Of a stretch of 64,000 nucleotides of DNA, positions 11,727 through 24,584 are shown piece after piece. The first letter of the stretch is position 1. Each line of letters starts with the position of its first letter. The stretch comes from Eukaryota sp. TZLM1-RC (taxonomy: Eukaryota; Protista; Metamonada: BaSk clade), in NCBI GenBank assembly GCA_040285825.1, contig JAUPSS010000006.1, forward strand, positions 1,240,001 to 1,304,000, given 5' to 3'. The notes under the pieces were generated by a model. It saw only the letters and a list, made by a program, of their open reading frames with translations, did not search any database and had not been told where the DNA came from. The translations under genes were made by a program, and so were the position numbers.

Positions 11727-12207
11727 TTTTTTTAATTTAAATTTAATTTTATTCTAAACCTATAAATCAACATCTAAAAAATCCATCTCTCCCAAAACAA
11801 AAACACTAGATGCAACTCTCTCATAGTGAGATCCAAGAGAAAGCAAAGCATCAGAAACCATCTTCAACATCCCCTTAAAAATAGAAAACACAATTCTATT
11901 TTGCCAAAACAATCTGTTGAAATTTCTGCCAGTTCTTTTCTTTACAATCATTTCAAAATCATCCAAAAAACGTAAAGCAGTTGGTGCAAGTGAACCAAAA
12001 AGGGAAAATACAAATGGATACAAATTGTATTTTGCATGCTGTAGACTGGCCAATTTGGACAAAGGTTCATTGTATTTTTTGAATTTAAAATTTTCAGCAT
12101 TTGAAAGGGGATTATGAATTTCAGAATTAACTAGCCTTTCATTTGAGGCATTACAAGGATCAACAGACATTACATCCAATAAAATGAAGCTTCCATCTAA
12201 TCCAGGT
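11727..12207 (-). mobile_element. CRE-like family A, heavily 5'-truncated (about 480 bp), 18-bp TSD
   Basis: Near-identical to 2170-2650. TSD aagtttggtcttgaagac at 11709-11726 and 12208-12225; T-tract at 11727. Confidence 0.95.
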
Positions 12208-12899
12208 AAGTTTGGTCTTGAAGACAGATGTAATAATTACTGTTATTGGATTGATATCTCTGAAGCTAGTTTTGATTTTGTCTACTGCAATGTTTTAAAT
12301 GACACTTTGGATTAAAGAAAAATGGAAAAATTAAATGAAATTAAATAATTTTATTTAATTTCGTTGAGTTTTGTAGTTGTAACTGATCAATGTAATTTTC
12401 CCATCAAAATACAGTATATAAGAGAGTCCAAAACTATCAAAAGTAGGAAATCACAGTCAAGAAACCCTGAAATGCGAATACTTATGAGCGATATTGTGTT
12501 TTGCAATGAATCAAGTTGTGATATATTTATTATTGTCCGAACTGCGTGGGACTGTTTATTCAAAAATAAGGAACAAATGTTTGTATCATATATTAAAATT
12601 GACTAAACAAATGGTGAAATTTGAGATAAAATAGTGAAAAACGAGAACTGAAAGGAGTTCATGGATAGAAAGTATTAAAGTTTGGATTTACAAAGACACA
12701 GAAAAAACAATTCAAAATTTCTTTTTTCAATTGATCCATTATTCATCTAACCACCTTGGTGTAGTTGAAAGGAGCGCAATCACAGAAAAACCACACAAAC
12801 CTACATAAGAAACCCCAAATATATTGAAACTCCTGACCTTACAATGGATAATATTATAGCCTTTGGACACTCTTGGATAATAGCTCTATTGGATCAACA

Positions 12900-13379
12900 G
12901 TTGATTTTTCACCTGCACTTATTTTTTATATAAACCAGTCTAAACAACAACTAAGCCCTTAAGAAGTATCTGCTCTTGCAAGAGTCATTAATTTGGGAGT
13001 AAAAGGCAGCTTCATCGTATTCAATCAAAATTGAAAAGGAAAAGTATTGTTATAATTGGTTGCAAAAGATAGATTAGATCAGTTAGGCTTGACAAGCATT
13101 AAATTCAATATAAAGTTCTCAAATATTGATAATATGGAAGCAACTTCAGTTGCGAGACGAATGAACAGCATGTTGGGCAGGCTGAACAGATGTTCTGCTT
13201 TTCTTCAATTTGACAACAATAATATTGGTCTTGAAGGAACCACCTCTCTAGCAAATATTGCTAAGTTCTCTTGTGTTTCCAAAATCGATATTCATTGTGA
13301 ACCCCTCAATAGAACAGATACGCAGCAGCTTCAAGCTCACTTGTATACCAATAATATGAATAACAAGGTTGTCTGGTAG
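12900..13379 (+). pseudogene. Decayed paralog of the C-terminal LRR region of the 3700-6813 kinase
   Basis: SALARVINLGVKGS vs SALAKSINLGKKGS; FDNNNIGLEGTTSLAN vs FRSNSIGLQGAISLAN; QLQAHLY vs QLSLYLY. Confidence 0.75.
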
Positions 13380-14495
13380 TTTTTACCTGTTAATTTTGTT
13401 GAAAGTGGACCATATCTTGTTGTAAATAAATGATTTTGAAAAATTTACTTCCAGTATGCAACCGAATAGAGCTTTATGCTCTATTTAGTAGGGCCTTCAT
13501 CGTTGAACCCCATAATAAAAGAGGTTTCTTCAGTTGAAACAAAAACATTACACAATGCAAGTACTTAGATGTACTTCGTCCTCATCACTATCAAATCCTA
13601 GTACCTCAATGCATTGATCAATTTCCTTCATCGTGGGATTCATTAAAAGTACAGCTTACTTCTTTTTGTTTGTCAGTATGTCATATTTTAAACATACTTT
13701 CTACAGCAATACTATGAAATGCAAGGACAATTGTAGAGCTCTATTCAATATGGGATAGTTTATTCTATTTTAGTTATTTTTCTATTGTTAGTTTTTGAGT
13801 TTATACCGCCAAAACACCATGCAAAGTGTTTTGAATGAACCTAGATGTTCTGATAACTTACACGATAAGCTATTTAGTTCTTTAGAATAATCAATTTTAC
13901 TGCGAAAGATGTTCAAAAAGTTAGAGTTTGGGGTTGCAATTAAGATTCATTCGAATGATTGGCTCTTTTTGAAACAGTTCTGGTTTAGATGGCAAATAAT
14001 GATTGTAGGACTCTTTGTCTTCAAAGTACAGGAGCGTTTGCTGGCCGATTGGGTAAATATTGTCTACATCAACAATAGGAATTAGTGGCTACCAAATGCT
14101 TAATCTAGATTTCTCTTACATTGATTTTGGACTGCAAAGTGCAATGGCTTTAATGAACACATGTTTCGAGAAAATAAGTGAATAAGTAATTATTTATTTA
14201 TGAAAAATTGTTGAAAAAACTGACTGACAATGGTAACGAAACGAGAGAATCTGTAAGGATGATATCGAATATTGTGCTTTGCAGGTAAATAGGTTTAAAT
14301 CGTATTTGAAAAATGAAATTAAGAGATATTTAAATTAAAAAAAGTAAAAAGAAAAATGGATATTCAAAGGTGTCCACGAAGGACATTATTATTAAATCTG
14401 ATTTGCAAAGAAAGAAAACAAAAAACAATTCAAAATTGATTTTGCATGATTTTTCTAATGGTTGTTCACATAGATCCAAAACCAGGCAAGCCTAC

Positions 14496-14939
14496 CTAAG
14501 AAACCCCGAAAATATTGGACAACTGTTGAGCAAGGCTTTGTGACTCTTCACTCCCTTGCCAGTGCTGCCAGCCCCCCACCTCCACTTCCTTTGGTTGAGA
14601 TGGTACATGCTGGGTGGAGAGTTGAGGGGCCACAGGAAGAGAGGAGGCTTCTTGGGAGATATATACCGACTTGTTCTCAATGGTGAACACAATAGCTTGG
14701 TCTGGCGGCACATTGGAGACTTTGACTTGGAGTCTGTTGGAATCAGCTTGTGGTAAAACAGCCACATGGGATGAGCCAATTCCATTCATGTGGATTTGAT
14801 AGGAGGAGGTATTTGGTGACGTGGTAGGTGGAGGTGAAGCAGAGCGTGAGGATTGCTCAAATTCTGACTGAGAGGGACTGTATGAGTCATAAGAATAATT
14901 GGGGGATGATGAGCGTGGTGAGGAGGCCGCGGAGCTCAT
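14496..14939 (-). CDS. Hypothetical Ser/Pro-rich protein (147 aa)
   Basis: ATG-initiated, GC-richer island between very AT-rich flanks; no recognisable domain. Confidence 0.55.
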   Translation of the reverse strand: MSSAASSPRSSSPNYSYDSYSPSQSEFEQSSRSASPPPTTSPNTSSYQIHMNGIGSSHVAVLPQADSNRLQVKVSNVPPDQAIVFTIENKSVYISQEASSLPVAPQLSTQHVPSQPKEVEVGGWQHWQGSEESQSLAQQLSNIFGVS

Positions 14940-15000
14940 AGCATTCTATCTGGTTTAGTCAGGCTTTGCTAAATACAGGATTAAAGAAATATGAATTATG

Positions 15001-15024
15001 AATTAATTAATTAATTAATTAATT
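15001..15024. repeat. (AATT)6 microsatellite
   Basis: aattaattaattaattaattaatt. Confidence 0.85.
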
Positions 15025-15109
15025 ATATTATGAGGAAATTAATTATTTTTTTTGAATCTATTCTTTAAATAGCATTTAAATGTATTTATTTAAATGGATT
15101 CTTTAAATT

Positions 15110-15850
15110 TTCAAAGCTAACAAAACATTAAACAAACAAACTAGAAGTCAATATCCTCAAAACACGCATCAACATTATCAAACCTCTTCTGTGCGCGATT
15201 CGAATACTCTATTCCTAATTGTAACAGTGCATTGGTTATCATTTTGGGAATCTTTAAGAATACTGAAAACAATTCTATTGAGCCAGAAATTAAAGTTCAA
15301 CTTTTTCCTGCTCTTTCCTTTATTCAACATCTGATACCTTCGAGAAATTCAACTGAGCGATATGTAACATTAAAATTGCAATTCAATAAATGATTCAGAT
15401 TGATAAGCTGACCACAACGACAAGTCAAATCATTTGGCACACTGCACGGCCAAAGAAAACACCTCATTCTAAGGGCAGTTGTCCAATGTTGATCATTTCA
15501 CATTAAACCATAATCATTTGGAATCTGGCAAATGAGACAACTTGAGCTACTTTCCTTAAGGTCAATTAAAAAGTCTGCAAAAACGGGATTCTTTTCTTTA
15601 GCCAAGCTAAGAGGAACAGTAAAATCCAAGTTCTCAAAAACTTTTTATATCATTTTCTGCAATTTAGTATATTCAAATCTTAAGGAAACCAAACTCCAGG
15701 GTGGAATTTCTTGAATATCGGCAGGAAAGAATTTGGACCAGATGTGAGGAGAGACTCATTCAATTTCATTCTGCAAGGACACTAAATGGTCACTAACACA
15801 ATATTCTATTAAGTGTTGATTTTCAGAAAAACGTTTCAAAAATTCCATTT
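15110..15850 (-). mobile_element. Degenerate, internally deleted CRE-like copy related to family B
   Basis: Reverse strand gives LSLAKEKNPVFADFLIDLKESSSSCLICQIPNDYGL, WTTALRMRCFLWPCS and a terminal ACFEDIDF*. Confidence 0.85.
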
Positions 15851-17265
15851 TGTTGGTTCCTCTTATATTTATTTAATTATAAAGTTCCTTTTCAAAACTT
15901 TTCAAATTAATTCAGAACTTAATTTGTCCTCACGCACCCCCAAGTATTGGTTTATGGTTTTGAAAAGGATAATTTTTTAGTTGGAGCCATACTGAAAGTT
16001 GGGGTTGTTTGTTATTCAAAAAATTATTACAACTTAATAACAACAAATGCGTTTCTGAAAGTTAATGATTTCGAACAGCCTTTATTTAAACATAGAGAAA
16101 ATTTTATTCGAACCAAAGGTAAACAGGGTATAACATATGGTTCAGTATTTGCAACTATTTTTTGCTAAATTTAAAATATTTGACAACATTTTAGAATCAA
16201 ACATTGTTGAAGCTTTAAAATGGTTTCTCAGGTAAGCGACAATCGTTGATACAAAAATTCAACGGCTGAAAAGAAATTCAAGTTGGATCAAACTGACCGC
16301 ATAGATTGGACAAGCGGTACACATATGAGCATCATTTCCTGGCATTATTGTTTGATTCAACAATTGCACAAATTGTTTTTTTACCAAAACTTCGAATTGT
16401 AACAATTTCATCATGTTGAGAAAACATAAAATGGTACAAAGATGAACAATTCAAGACACATCACACAATAACTTTTATCAATAATTCACAAAATACAGAT
16501 CAGACCCACTTTGATATCAAATTCTGTTTTCCGTTACGTGGTGCAGTCTTTATTGATGAATTATTTAATCAAAAAAATCCATTTCTCACAATCAACAGGA
16601 ATTAAAACAACGAAAATTTGTTCAGTGGTTAACAGTTTCAGTAATTGTTTTGAATTGTTTTGAACAAAATGATAGCCAATAAAGCAGTTTTATGTGGAAA
16701 TCTTCTTGATGAGAGGAAGTACAGTGCAATTTATCGTTATTTAAAGAGATGAGGGAAATTCTTGACACCTTTAGGTTTGAACTGAATAGGTGTTAAGACT
16801 CACTCTCTTTATGTTACCTTCACGACTCAAGTAAATAGAAGAGCGTTTGTTTCAAACTCATTAATTGTGGATAGCATTAATTGTTTGTTTTCAAAAAACA
16901 TCAACTTTGTTCACAAGCATCTTTTGTATGTTGTTTCATCAAAACATACTGCATGTTCCTTTATTAATTAATCTCAATGTAAAAGTACAAAAGTGTTGAA
17001 CATCATTTTTATTGAATTTAAATTAATGAATGTGTACACGTGCACCCTGCTTCCACTAATTAAATGCAAATACATAATTAGTTAAATACAATTGATCCAG
17101 CATCAGTTCTGGAATTATAACAAAGCGGCTGCCATAATCATGCACAGGGCTGAACAAAAAACTACCAAAATCAAACATAAATCTTGGCACATAAACCCCA
17201 TTGATCATTGATGAGGATCTATTACCAAGACAACATACCGAAAACAACCAAAGAAATTACCAAAG

Positions 17266-18636
17266 TTAAGCAAACCTCCACCTTTCATATCGATACCTGC
17301 CCTCTCTTACCTCATTTAAGTCCATCTCACGCTCCTTCTTTGATGGTTCTGAGGGTTTCGTAAACATGTATTGTCCATTCTGCACATCACCATCTTTATA
17401 CCAACTATACCAGTAGATAATCAGCTCTACCCTTGTTGAGATCGGAAGCGACCCCAAGTTATCAATGGTAGAAAACCCTCTGGATATCTCTCTCAAACTA
17501 TGTATACCTGAAACGAAACGTATATAATGTTCATGTACAAAAGAGAGGAAAGAGTATTCCATATCACTTAATTGTAACAATGTTTGCTCAATATTCCTTT
17601 CCAGCTCTCCTTCCACACGACTGAATCTTGCGTTACTCTCTGTTTGTCCATCATGATTCATAGTCCTGGTGGATGCTAATAGCTTCTTCACAGTGTCCTC
17701 TCTTCTCGATGTGGTTCTCTTCCTGTTTTCCATCACCTCCACCATTGGATCCCCATCATTGCTTACCCTCTTCGCGTTGAGAACACGACGTAATGCTCTG
17801 AATAGCTCTATAGTTGTATCTTTGCCGCAATTTGGTAAAGTTGTTGTAGATTTAGTTATAAGGATTAGTTGTAATGTATTTAAAGCAAACCTTATATCCC
17901 CATTAGAATGGGAAATTATAAATTCAATTATTGTATTAATGGTATTTTTTTCTATTTTATTTTTTAATTCATTTGAATTAAGTATGTGTTTTAGAATTTT
18001 TTTCATTGAATTGGATGTGACTGGGAGAAAATTAATATGAACTGAATCGCATCGACCCATTTTTGCAAATTTAGAATAATAAAATTGATCAATGAAACTG
18101 TCAATAATTAAAAAACGATTATTGGAATGAATTAAATAGTGGAAAAAATCATTCAAAAATGATTGGTCCAGAGGCGGCAAGGGGTCAATAATCACCAATG
18201 ATGATGTTTCCAGATCACGTAACCACTTCAAAAAACTACCAGAAACAGAAGTTAAAACACCAGAAGACTCGTTATCCATGTACTCAATAGTACTAATTTT
18301 AAGCTTCTCAATAGCCAGCTTTGCGGCAATGCTCTTCCCGCTACCAGGGGGACCACTTAAGAAAACTATCCTGTGTGAGAGGGAGTCCACTAGTTGGTTG
18401 AACTTGCGGGAGCTACAACAGAGTTGTAGAGGTGTAGTTGGAGTGAAAAGATTAACAAAAAGGTCATGTGGGTTGGAAGCTGAAGGAGATGAGTTGTGGA
18501 TAGGCGTAGAGAGTACTGAGCGTGATGTATGTGTAGTAGATCGCTGGGAACGTCGCGAAAACACCAAGTCAACAACTTCGTCGGGTTCAGTTTGTTTGAA
18601 AAGAGCTAAGACGTGTTGAAGATAGTCATCGCTCAT
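17266..18636 (-). CDS. RAD17: Checkpoint clamp loader subunit Rad17/Rad24 (AAA+ ATPase)
   Basis: Walker A LSGPPGSGKS, INFLPVT, NGDIRFALNTLQL and the Rad17-typical GKDTTIELFRALRRVLNAKR; FVHEHY. First ATG at 18636. Confidence 0.85.
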   Translation of the reverse strand: MSDDYLQHVLALFKQTEPDEVVDLVFSRRSQRSTTHTSRSVLSTPIHNSSPSASNPHDLFVNLFTPTTPLQLCCSSRKFNQLVDSLSHRIVFLSGPPGSGKSIAAKLAIEKLKISTIEYMDNESSGVLTSVSGSFLKWLRDLETSSLVIIDPLPPLDQSFLNDFFHYLIHSNNRFLIIDSFIDQFYYSKFAKMGRCDSVHINFLPVTSNSMKKILKHILNSNELKNKIEKNTINTIIEFIISHSNGDIRFALNTLQLILITKSTTTLPNCGKDTTIELFRALRRVLNAKRVSNDGDPMVEVMENRKRTTSRREDTVKKLLASTRTMNHDGQTESNARFSRVEGELERNIEQTLLQLSDMEYSFLSFVHEHYIRFVSGIHSLREISRGFSTIDNLGSLPISTRVELIIYWYSWYKDGDVQNGQYMFTKPSEPSKKEREMDLNEVREGRYRYERWRFA

Positions 18637-18714
18637 CAATATTGCAGAGAGGCCAGAAGTGGTTTTTGTGGCTGATTATATACAAATGGTGAATATTGTG
18701 ATTTGGATTCATTT

Positions 18715-21063
18715 TTTTATTATTTATTTTTATTCAACAACAAATATGAAATACACAATTAAAACTCCACATCCTCAAAACCTGCCTCCCCTACATCAAA
18801 ACAATTAATCGCTAAAGATTCAGAAAATTTCCCAAAAGAAGATAGTGAATCAGAAATTAGTGTTACCATTCCTTTAAAAATAGAAAATACAATCCTGTTT
18901 TGCCAGTAAACACGATTGAAAATTCTTCCAGTTCTTTCCTTTACAACTACAACAAAATCCTCAAGGAAAGCCATAGCAGCCTTACCTAGAGATCCAAGCA
19001 AAGAAAAAACAAATGGACATAAATTATATTGGGCATGAGAATTTTCATTAACCGAGGAAATGGGTTTCGCATATTTAGCAATTTTATATTTTTCGCCTGC
19101 AAGAAGAGGATTATTTACATCCGAGTTAATGAAATGTTCGTTAGAGGAATTACAAGGGTCAATAGACATGGCGTCCAAAATAGTAAAACTACCATTTAAA
19201 CCAGGAACAACTAGATCACCTCTAGTCAGACCCATAGAAGCTCTGTTGTAACGCGTACTATCAATATTGGGATCATCAAGAATTAATTTTGATAACAGCG
19301 GTTCTAAAAAGGAATCTACACGATATGATTTGCACATTACATAAATTTGGTCCCTGACGTTATTATGCACTTTCCTTCTAAACGTAATAAAATGTTTACA
19401 GTTCAAAAGATGAGTAAACAAAAGAGGTTTATCACATTTACAAGTTAAATGATTGGGCAAATTGTTTGGCCACAGAAAACAACGAAAACGCATGTTTAGA
19501 AGCCATTCATTGTCTTTTAACAAGAGTCCATAAACAGAGGGAACTTGAGTTACTAAAGCAGCAGCTGAACTATCACGAATATCCTTTAAAAAATTACCGA
19601 AAGCGGGATTTTTAGTTTTGGCCAAGCCAAGTCTTACTTCATAATCCAAGCCTTCATATAATTTAACCAGATGGTGCTGAAGCTTTTTCAAGCAAAAACG
19701 TAAATTTGGAAGTGATCGAGTGGGAATTTCTTGAACATTTTGAGGAAAACACTGAATCCAGATATCACTAGGCAAATTTTCTAATTCAAATTGCAGTTGA
19801 TTTAAGTAAAAATTTGATTCACCATTGATCAGATGAACATCAAAAGGGAACCTTTGGAAAAATTCAAAAACAAAATTTTTACCGCCTCCCAAAAATGCTG
19901 CTTTACACAGAATCGAAGATTTGGTGAATCCAATTCCACCCAAATCTGCTGAACAAAATACATGACTTCGAATTAAAGATTCATTTACTTCTAATAAAGA
20001 AGAAAAAAATTTGACTCGAAGTTTGTTAAAAGATCTGCAAAAATTGAGAGATACCGAAGGGGGAGTTGACCTTAAAATATGAGTGAATTTTCCAGAATAA
20101 CAAATTTTTAAAATAAAAAATTTGATGTGTTTCTCAATGTCACATTCAGCAATAAAACTAAGATCCTTGTCAAACTTCTCCAATAAAGTGTTTAACTGGG
20201 AATAAATTTCATCCAAATTGCCAAGCCAACATCCAAGAAACTTAAAAGCTTGTTGGTCATAATTGATAAAAGGAATCTGAGCTCCACCAATCATCAAAGA
20301 TTGTTTTTCTCTACCAATCAAGAGACATTTAGATGGGTTCAAAGCTAAACCAATTTCTTTGTATTTCGCCGCAATGTCTTCAGAAACCCTAGAAATGCTT
20401 TCAAAAGAACCAATAATAGAAATGTCATCCATATAGGCAACAATACGCAAATCAGGGAAATCTTGTTGTGTCATTTTAATAATTTTATGAATAGCCAAAC
20501 AAAACAGCAAAGGGCCAAGAGGATCACCTTGTTACACACCAGAAGAAGATTCAAGGGTAAAGGAGTCAAAAATTAAGTCTGATTTTTTTCCATAAAATAA
20601 ATAGAAATATGCAGTAAGTTCAGGAAAATCATGAAGAAGGACATCAAAAATACAATTACGTTTCACAGAATTGAAAGCATTTTTGAAATCCAAATTGAAA
20701 ATATATTGATGCTGTTGACTATTGAAAAAAACATCTGAAGTCATTGAAGCAACAGAAGCACCTTCAACAGTTTTTATACCAAATTGGAAAGGCTTCAAAT
20801 AGTCCCTTGCTTTAGTAGAAATTCTGTTAAAAATAAGCGAAGAAAGCAATCTGGTTAATGACTCTCCAATAGCAATTGGTCTAACTCCATCAGGTTTCTC
20901 ACCTTTACCAGGTTTAATTAAAGCAACTAAACGGGCAGCAGTCAATTCAGGCGGAGGAACATAATTTAAACACATTAAATTTTGAAAATAGGAAGCAAGA
21001 TCCTCAACAATTTCAGGAGCATTTTTACAGGCAGTTTTTAACAAATCAAAGGAAATGCCTGAA
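18715..21063 (-). mobile_element. CRE-like non-LTR retrotransposon, family C, 5'-truncated, one in-frame stop
   Basis: ORFs 20532-21063 and 18759-20510 are in the same frame (SGV*QGDPLGP), with AYMDD and RLE motifs. TSD ggattcattt at 18705-18714 and 21064-21073. Confidence 0.93.
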
Positions 21064-21075
21064 GGATTCATTTGA

Positions 21076-22074
21076 TGGCAATATTCCAGAAAAAAATGTT
21101 TTAAATTTGAAGTACACTCTTCGAACATTACAGAAAGGATTGACTGGAATGTATGAAAATGATCTTTATAATAATATTTGCAGCTCGGCTGTTTTAAATC
21201 AAGATCTTCACTCATTGTTATTGGAAAAGGGTGTTTGTGAAAACAAGGTGTCAGATTCTTCACTTTTTGTAACCATTGTACCACGAAGATTTGGATTGTA
21301 TGCTACTAATGAAGCATTTGTAACAAAAATGAGATTATATTTGAACATCCCCATTAACCAATTATTATCAAAAGAAAAATGTATTTGTTCGAATTCACCT
21401 CAACTCACTTTGCGCCATGCTCTAAATTGCTCTAAATTGATAACTTATCGTTCTTCATTACATGATGCTGTTAGAGACACTGTTTTCAATATGGCACAAA
21501 CTGCAAGGATATCGTGTATCAAAGAGCCCCTGCTGAAAGAAACACTTTCTCTGAATAATTTTGGTTCTGATGATAGAGGTGATGTATACTGTGATTGGAT
21601 TGATAATTCTGAAGCTATTGTTGACTTTGTCTCATGTAATGTTGCAAACGATACTTTGGTTCACAGAAGAAAACTTAATCCTGTGGCTGCTCTGGATTTT
21701 AAAGCAAAAGAAAAACATAGAAAATATGATAAAGAAATTGAAGATGCAAATATCGATAGAAATACACAGCTAGTTTTTATTGCTTTTCCATTTTCGATAA
21801 ATGGAAGATTATCAGTTGAAGCAGAAACTTTTTTGGACGACTTCCAAAAAATGGTGAAAGAAAAAACAATGAAAAGATTTGATATTTTTTTATGGCGTTC
21901 ACGGATTCAATTTGCCATTATTAATAGATTACCGCGGTTTTTCAATCGAATTAGAGAAGCTTTAGCTAGACAGCAAGCAAATCAAGATTTTGTAGAGGAA
22001 ATCTTGGTTTAATGATAGTCGTCCCATTAGTTATGATTTAATTTAATCAAGTGTGCAAATTCAATAAATTAATT
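21076..22074 (+). mobile_element. CRE-like family D, 5'-truncated (about 1 kb)
   Basis: RLE motifs (CIC..HALNC, HDAVRD, DRGDV..VDF..EKHRKY), 3' AATAAA, and TSD attcatttga at 21066-21075 and 22075-22084. Confidence 0.92.
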
Positions 22075-23478
22075 ATTCATTTGAGATATACTTTTCCTTC
22101 TCGAAGATGCAAAAATAAAAACAAAATAATAATAATAATAAACACAAGTTGTATCATCAGTATTCATTCTTTCAATTTGTTTATTTCAATTGTGTAAGGT
22201 ACAAAATTTTGATGTCTTGTTTTAGAGATGTTTCATTTTTAGAATAGCTTAACGATATGCTCAGTTTGTTTTCTAATCATCATTGTGATACGACACTTTT
22301 CCTTCACAACATTCCTCGCCGTTAACCAATTATGTAAAAGGGATTTTGCATGACCATTATCAAGAGCAAAATACAATTCTATCCACATTTTGCTACCGCC
22401 AGGACAACTTCTTTTAAGATTCTTCAGCCTACTCATGTTGAAATCTAGAAAACTTGCAACACAAAAAAGAATGGAAAAGGAATTAATTTAGTATTCCTGG
22501 TTTAGAAATCTAAAGAAATAAATCATGAATGCATTGAATAAAACTTGTATTTACATGTACTCAATCCTTATCAAAAACACTTCCATCATAGACATCACCT
22601 TCTTCATCATTTCTTTCTGCGCTGGTCAGTTCTTGTGATCTACGGTTTCTCGATTGCATAAGGTTTGAGAATGAACATTCTGCGATGTTTAGCAAGTTAG
22701 ACAAAGAAGAAATGCGTGGAATGTTTGCTATATTTATAGCTTTTATGAAGAGAAATCATTATTTTGCTGTGGAGAAAATGGGCAAACTTAAATAAAAATA
22801 AATAAATTAAAATTCACTTATTGTTTCCGATAGCCGAACACATTGAATAGTTGAATGTTAATATGGGGATATGGTGAAAACCAATAAAAGGTCAGTTGTT
22901 GTCATTACTTCACTTGAATTATTAGGTATAAGGGTGATTGAAAGCAAATCACCTTGAAATATGGCGGAATTGGTTTTTATTACCTAGCAGTGTTAAATTT
23001 TATATTCAAGGATGATCAATAACAAGAACATAATGAATGCGTAATTCAGGGGCCATGACTTCATCATTGGGATGGTTGTCTTTCAATACTTCCAATCCTC
23101 TTTGTTGCCTGTGATGTTGAAGTGAATGATGGCCTTTGAAAAGATGTTTGCATGTCCCCAGAGTATTCGCAATTGAGTTCATAAATAAAGGTGCTGGCAA
23201 TATTTTCTTGTAAATTAGAGACATATTGTAGAATAGTTTTACTAAATCGGATTGAATTGAGTGATGAACAACAATAGGTTAGTACATCAATTAAAGACAA
23301 AATCAGTTACAGTTCATACTGTTGTTGATTTTGCAACTAAAATCAGTCTAAGTGAGTCTGAGTGATTTCTGTTAGTAGCGCTCAAAGTGATTTCTGTCCA
23401 AAGTTAGTGTTGTTTCAGTTTTTTGCAACTCACCACATTTCTATTATTCATTTTATTCCAAATCTACAACTATCAACT

Positions 23479-24558
23479 ATGAGTTCTTCCAAAGCAGACG
23501 GTCTCTTTGTTGATGAAGATTACACCGGTGCTATTGATGCATATACCAACGACATCAACTCATCAGGTCCTTCGTCAACACTGCTGTCTCGTAGAGCTGC
23601 AGCCTACATTAAACTTGGTAATTTCGAAAGCGCTTTAAATGACTGCGACTCTTCTCTTCAACTTAACTCCACTATCGCAATCACTCATTATCGCAAAGGA
23701 ATCGCCCTCTTCATGCTTCAAAAACACACGGATGCCTTTCATTCTTTTGTCAAGGCTGAAGAACTCTCATGTATTGCAAACGTCTCTTCCTGGAAGCGAC
23801 GTTGTAAAGCTTACGTTAAAGACCTTGTCGAACAAAAACCCCAACCCGATCAATCGAAGACTCAACCAATCCCACAACCCACTAAAGCCGATCGATCGGA
23901 ACCTCCAAAAGCTGTATGTTTTGTTGCTGACTTAACTTACTCCAGCCCACCACATCAGATAAACCTACTCAACCCCCTAAAATACGTCATGAGTGGCTTC
24001 AAACTTCCCAAATGGTAACAATAGAAATCTTTGCCCCTAAAATCAACAAGGATTCAGTCAAGGTTGAAGCGACTCCCAACACTGCTGAAATAACTTTTCC
24101 TCTACCGTCAGGTTCAGATTACATGCTTGATTTGGAGCTTTATGGTTTGTTGTCTTTTCCTCATTTTACTCACCATAGGCTCTATCGACCCCTCGTCAGT
24201 AGAAGTACGTACAACACCCCGTAAAGTGGAGATTGTGATGAGGAAGGACCCCCAAATGAGATGGAAAACTCTGGAGAAGGGAGAGCAAGTGGAAACATTG
24301 GACCCGAAACTCTATCCATCATCTAAAGGAGCAAAGAATTGGACGAAGATTGCCAAGGAAGAAGCAGAAAAATACGCTGAGGAAGACAAGAAGAGTGAAG
24401 ACTTTTTATCGCAAATCTTTTCTCAAGGCGACCCTGATACTCAAAGGGCAATGCAAAAGAGTTTCTTGGAAAGCGGTGGAACAGTTCTTTCCACTAATTG
24501 GAGCGAAGTAGGTAAGGAAAAGGTAGAACCTTATAAGAGCAAATATGATGATGAGTGA
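23479..24558 (+). CDS. SGT1: SGT1 Hsp90 co-chaperone (TPR-CS-SGS), 3 exons: 23479-23913, 23946-24144, 24179-24558
   Basis: TPR N-terminus; splicing restores KIRHEWLQT and LDLELYG-SIDP of the CS domain; SGS motifs YPSS..KNW and QRAMQKSFLESGGTVLSTNWSEVG. Confidence 0.95.
23914..23945 (+). other. 32-nt spliceosomal intron (SGT1 intron 1)
   Basis: gtatgt..ctgac/ttaac..ccag; removal restores the frame into the CS domain. Confidence 0.88.
24145..24178 (+). other. 34-nt spliceosomal intron (SGT1 intron 2)
   Basis: gtttgt..ctcac..atag; removal restores the frame. Confidence 0.88.
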
Positions 24559-24584
24559 GGTTTATAAATAAATTAGTAATATAG

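Noticed and set aside
13450-14110. Decayed minus-strand coding-like sequence (LMNPTMKEIDQCIEVL..LFYYG), vaguely caspase-like
   Set aside because: Too degenerate; no catalytic HG or Cys motif can be shown.
20532-21284. 250-aa ORF as a distinct protein
   Set aside because: Chimera: its N-terminus is antisense family D sequence read across the junction into family C RT.
23362-23478. N-terminal extension of SGT1 in the ORF track
   Set aside because: Starts at a non-ATG codon; TPR homology begins at ATG 23479.
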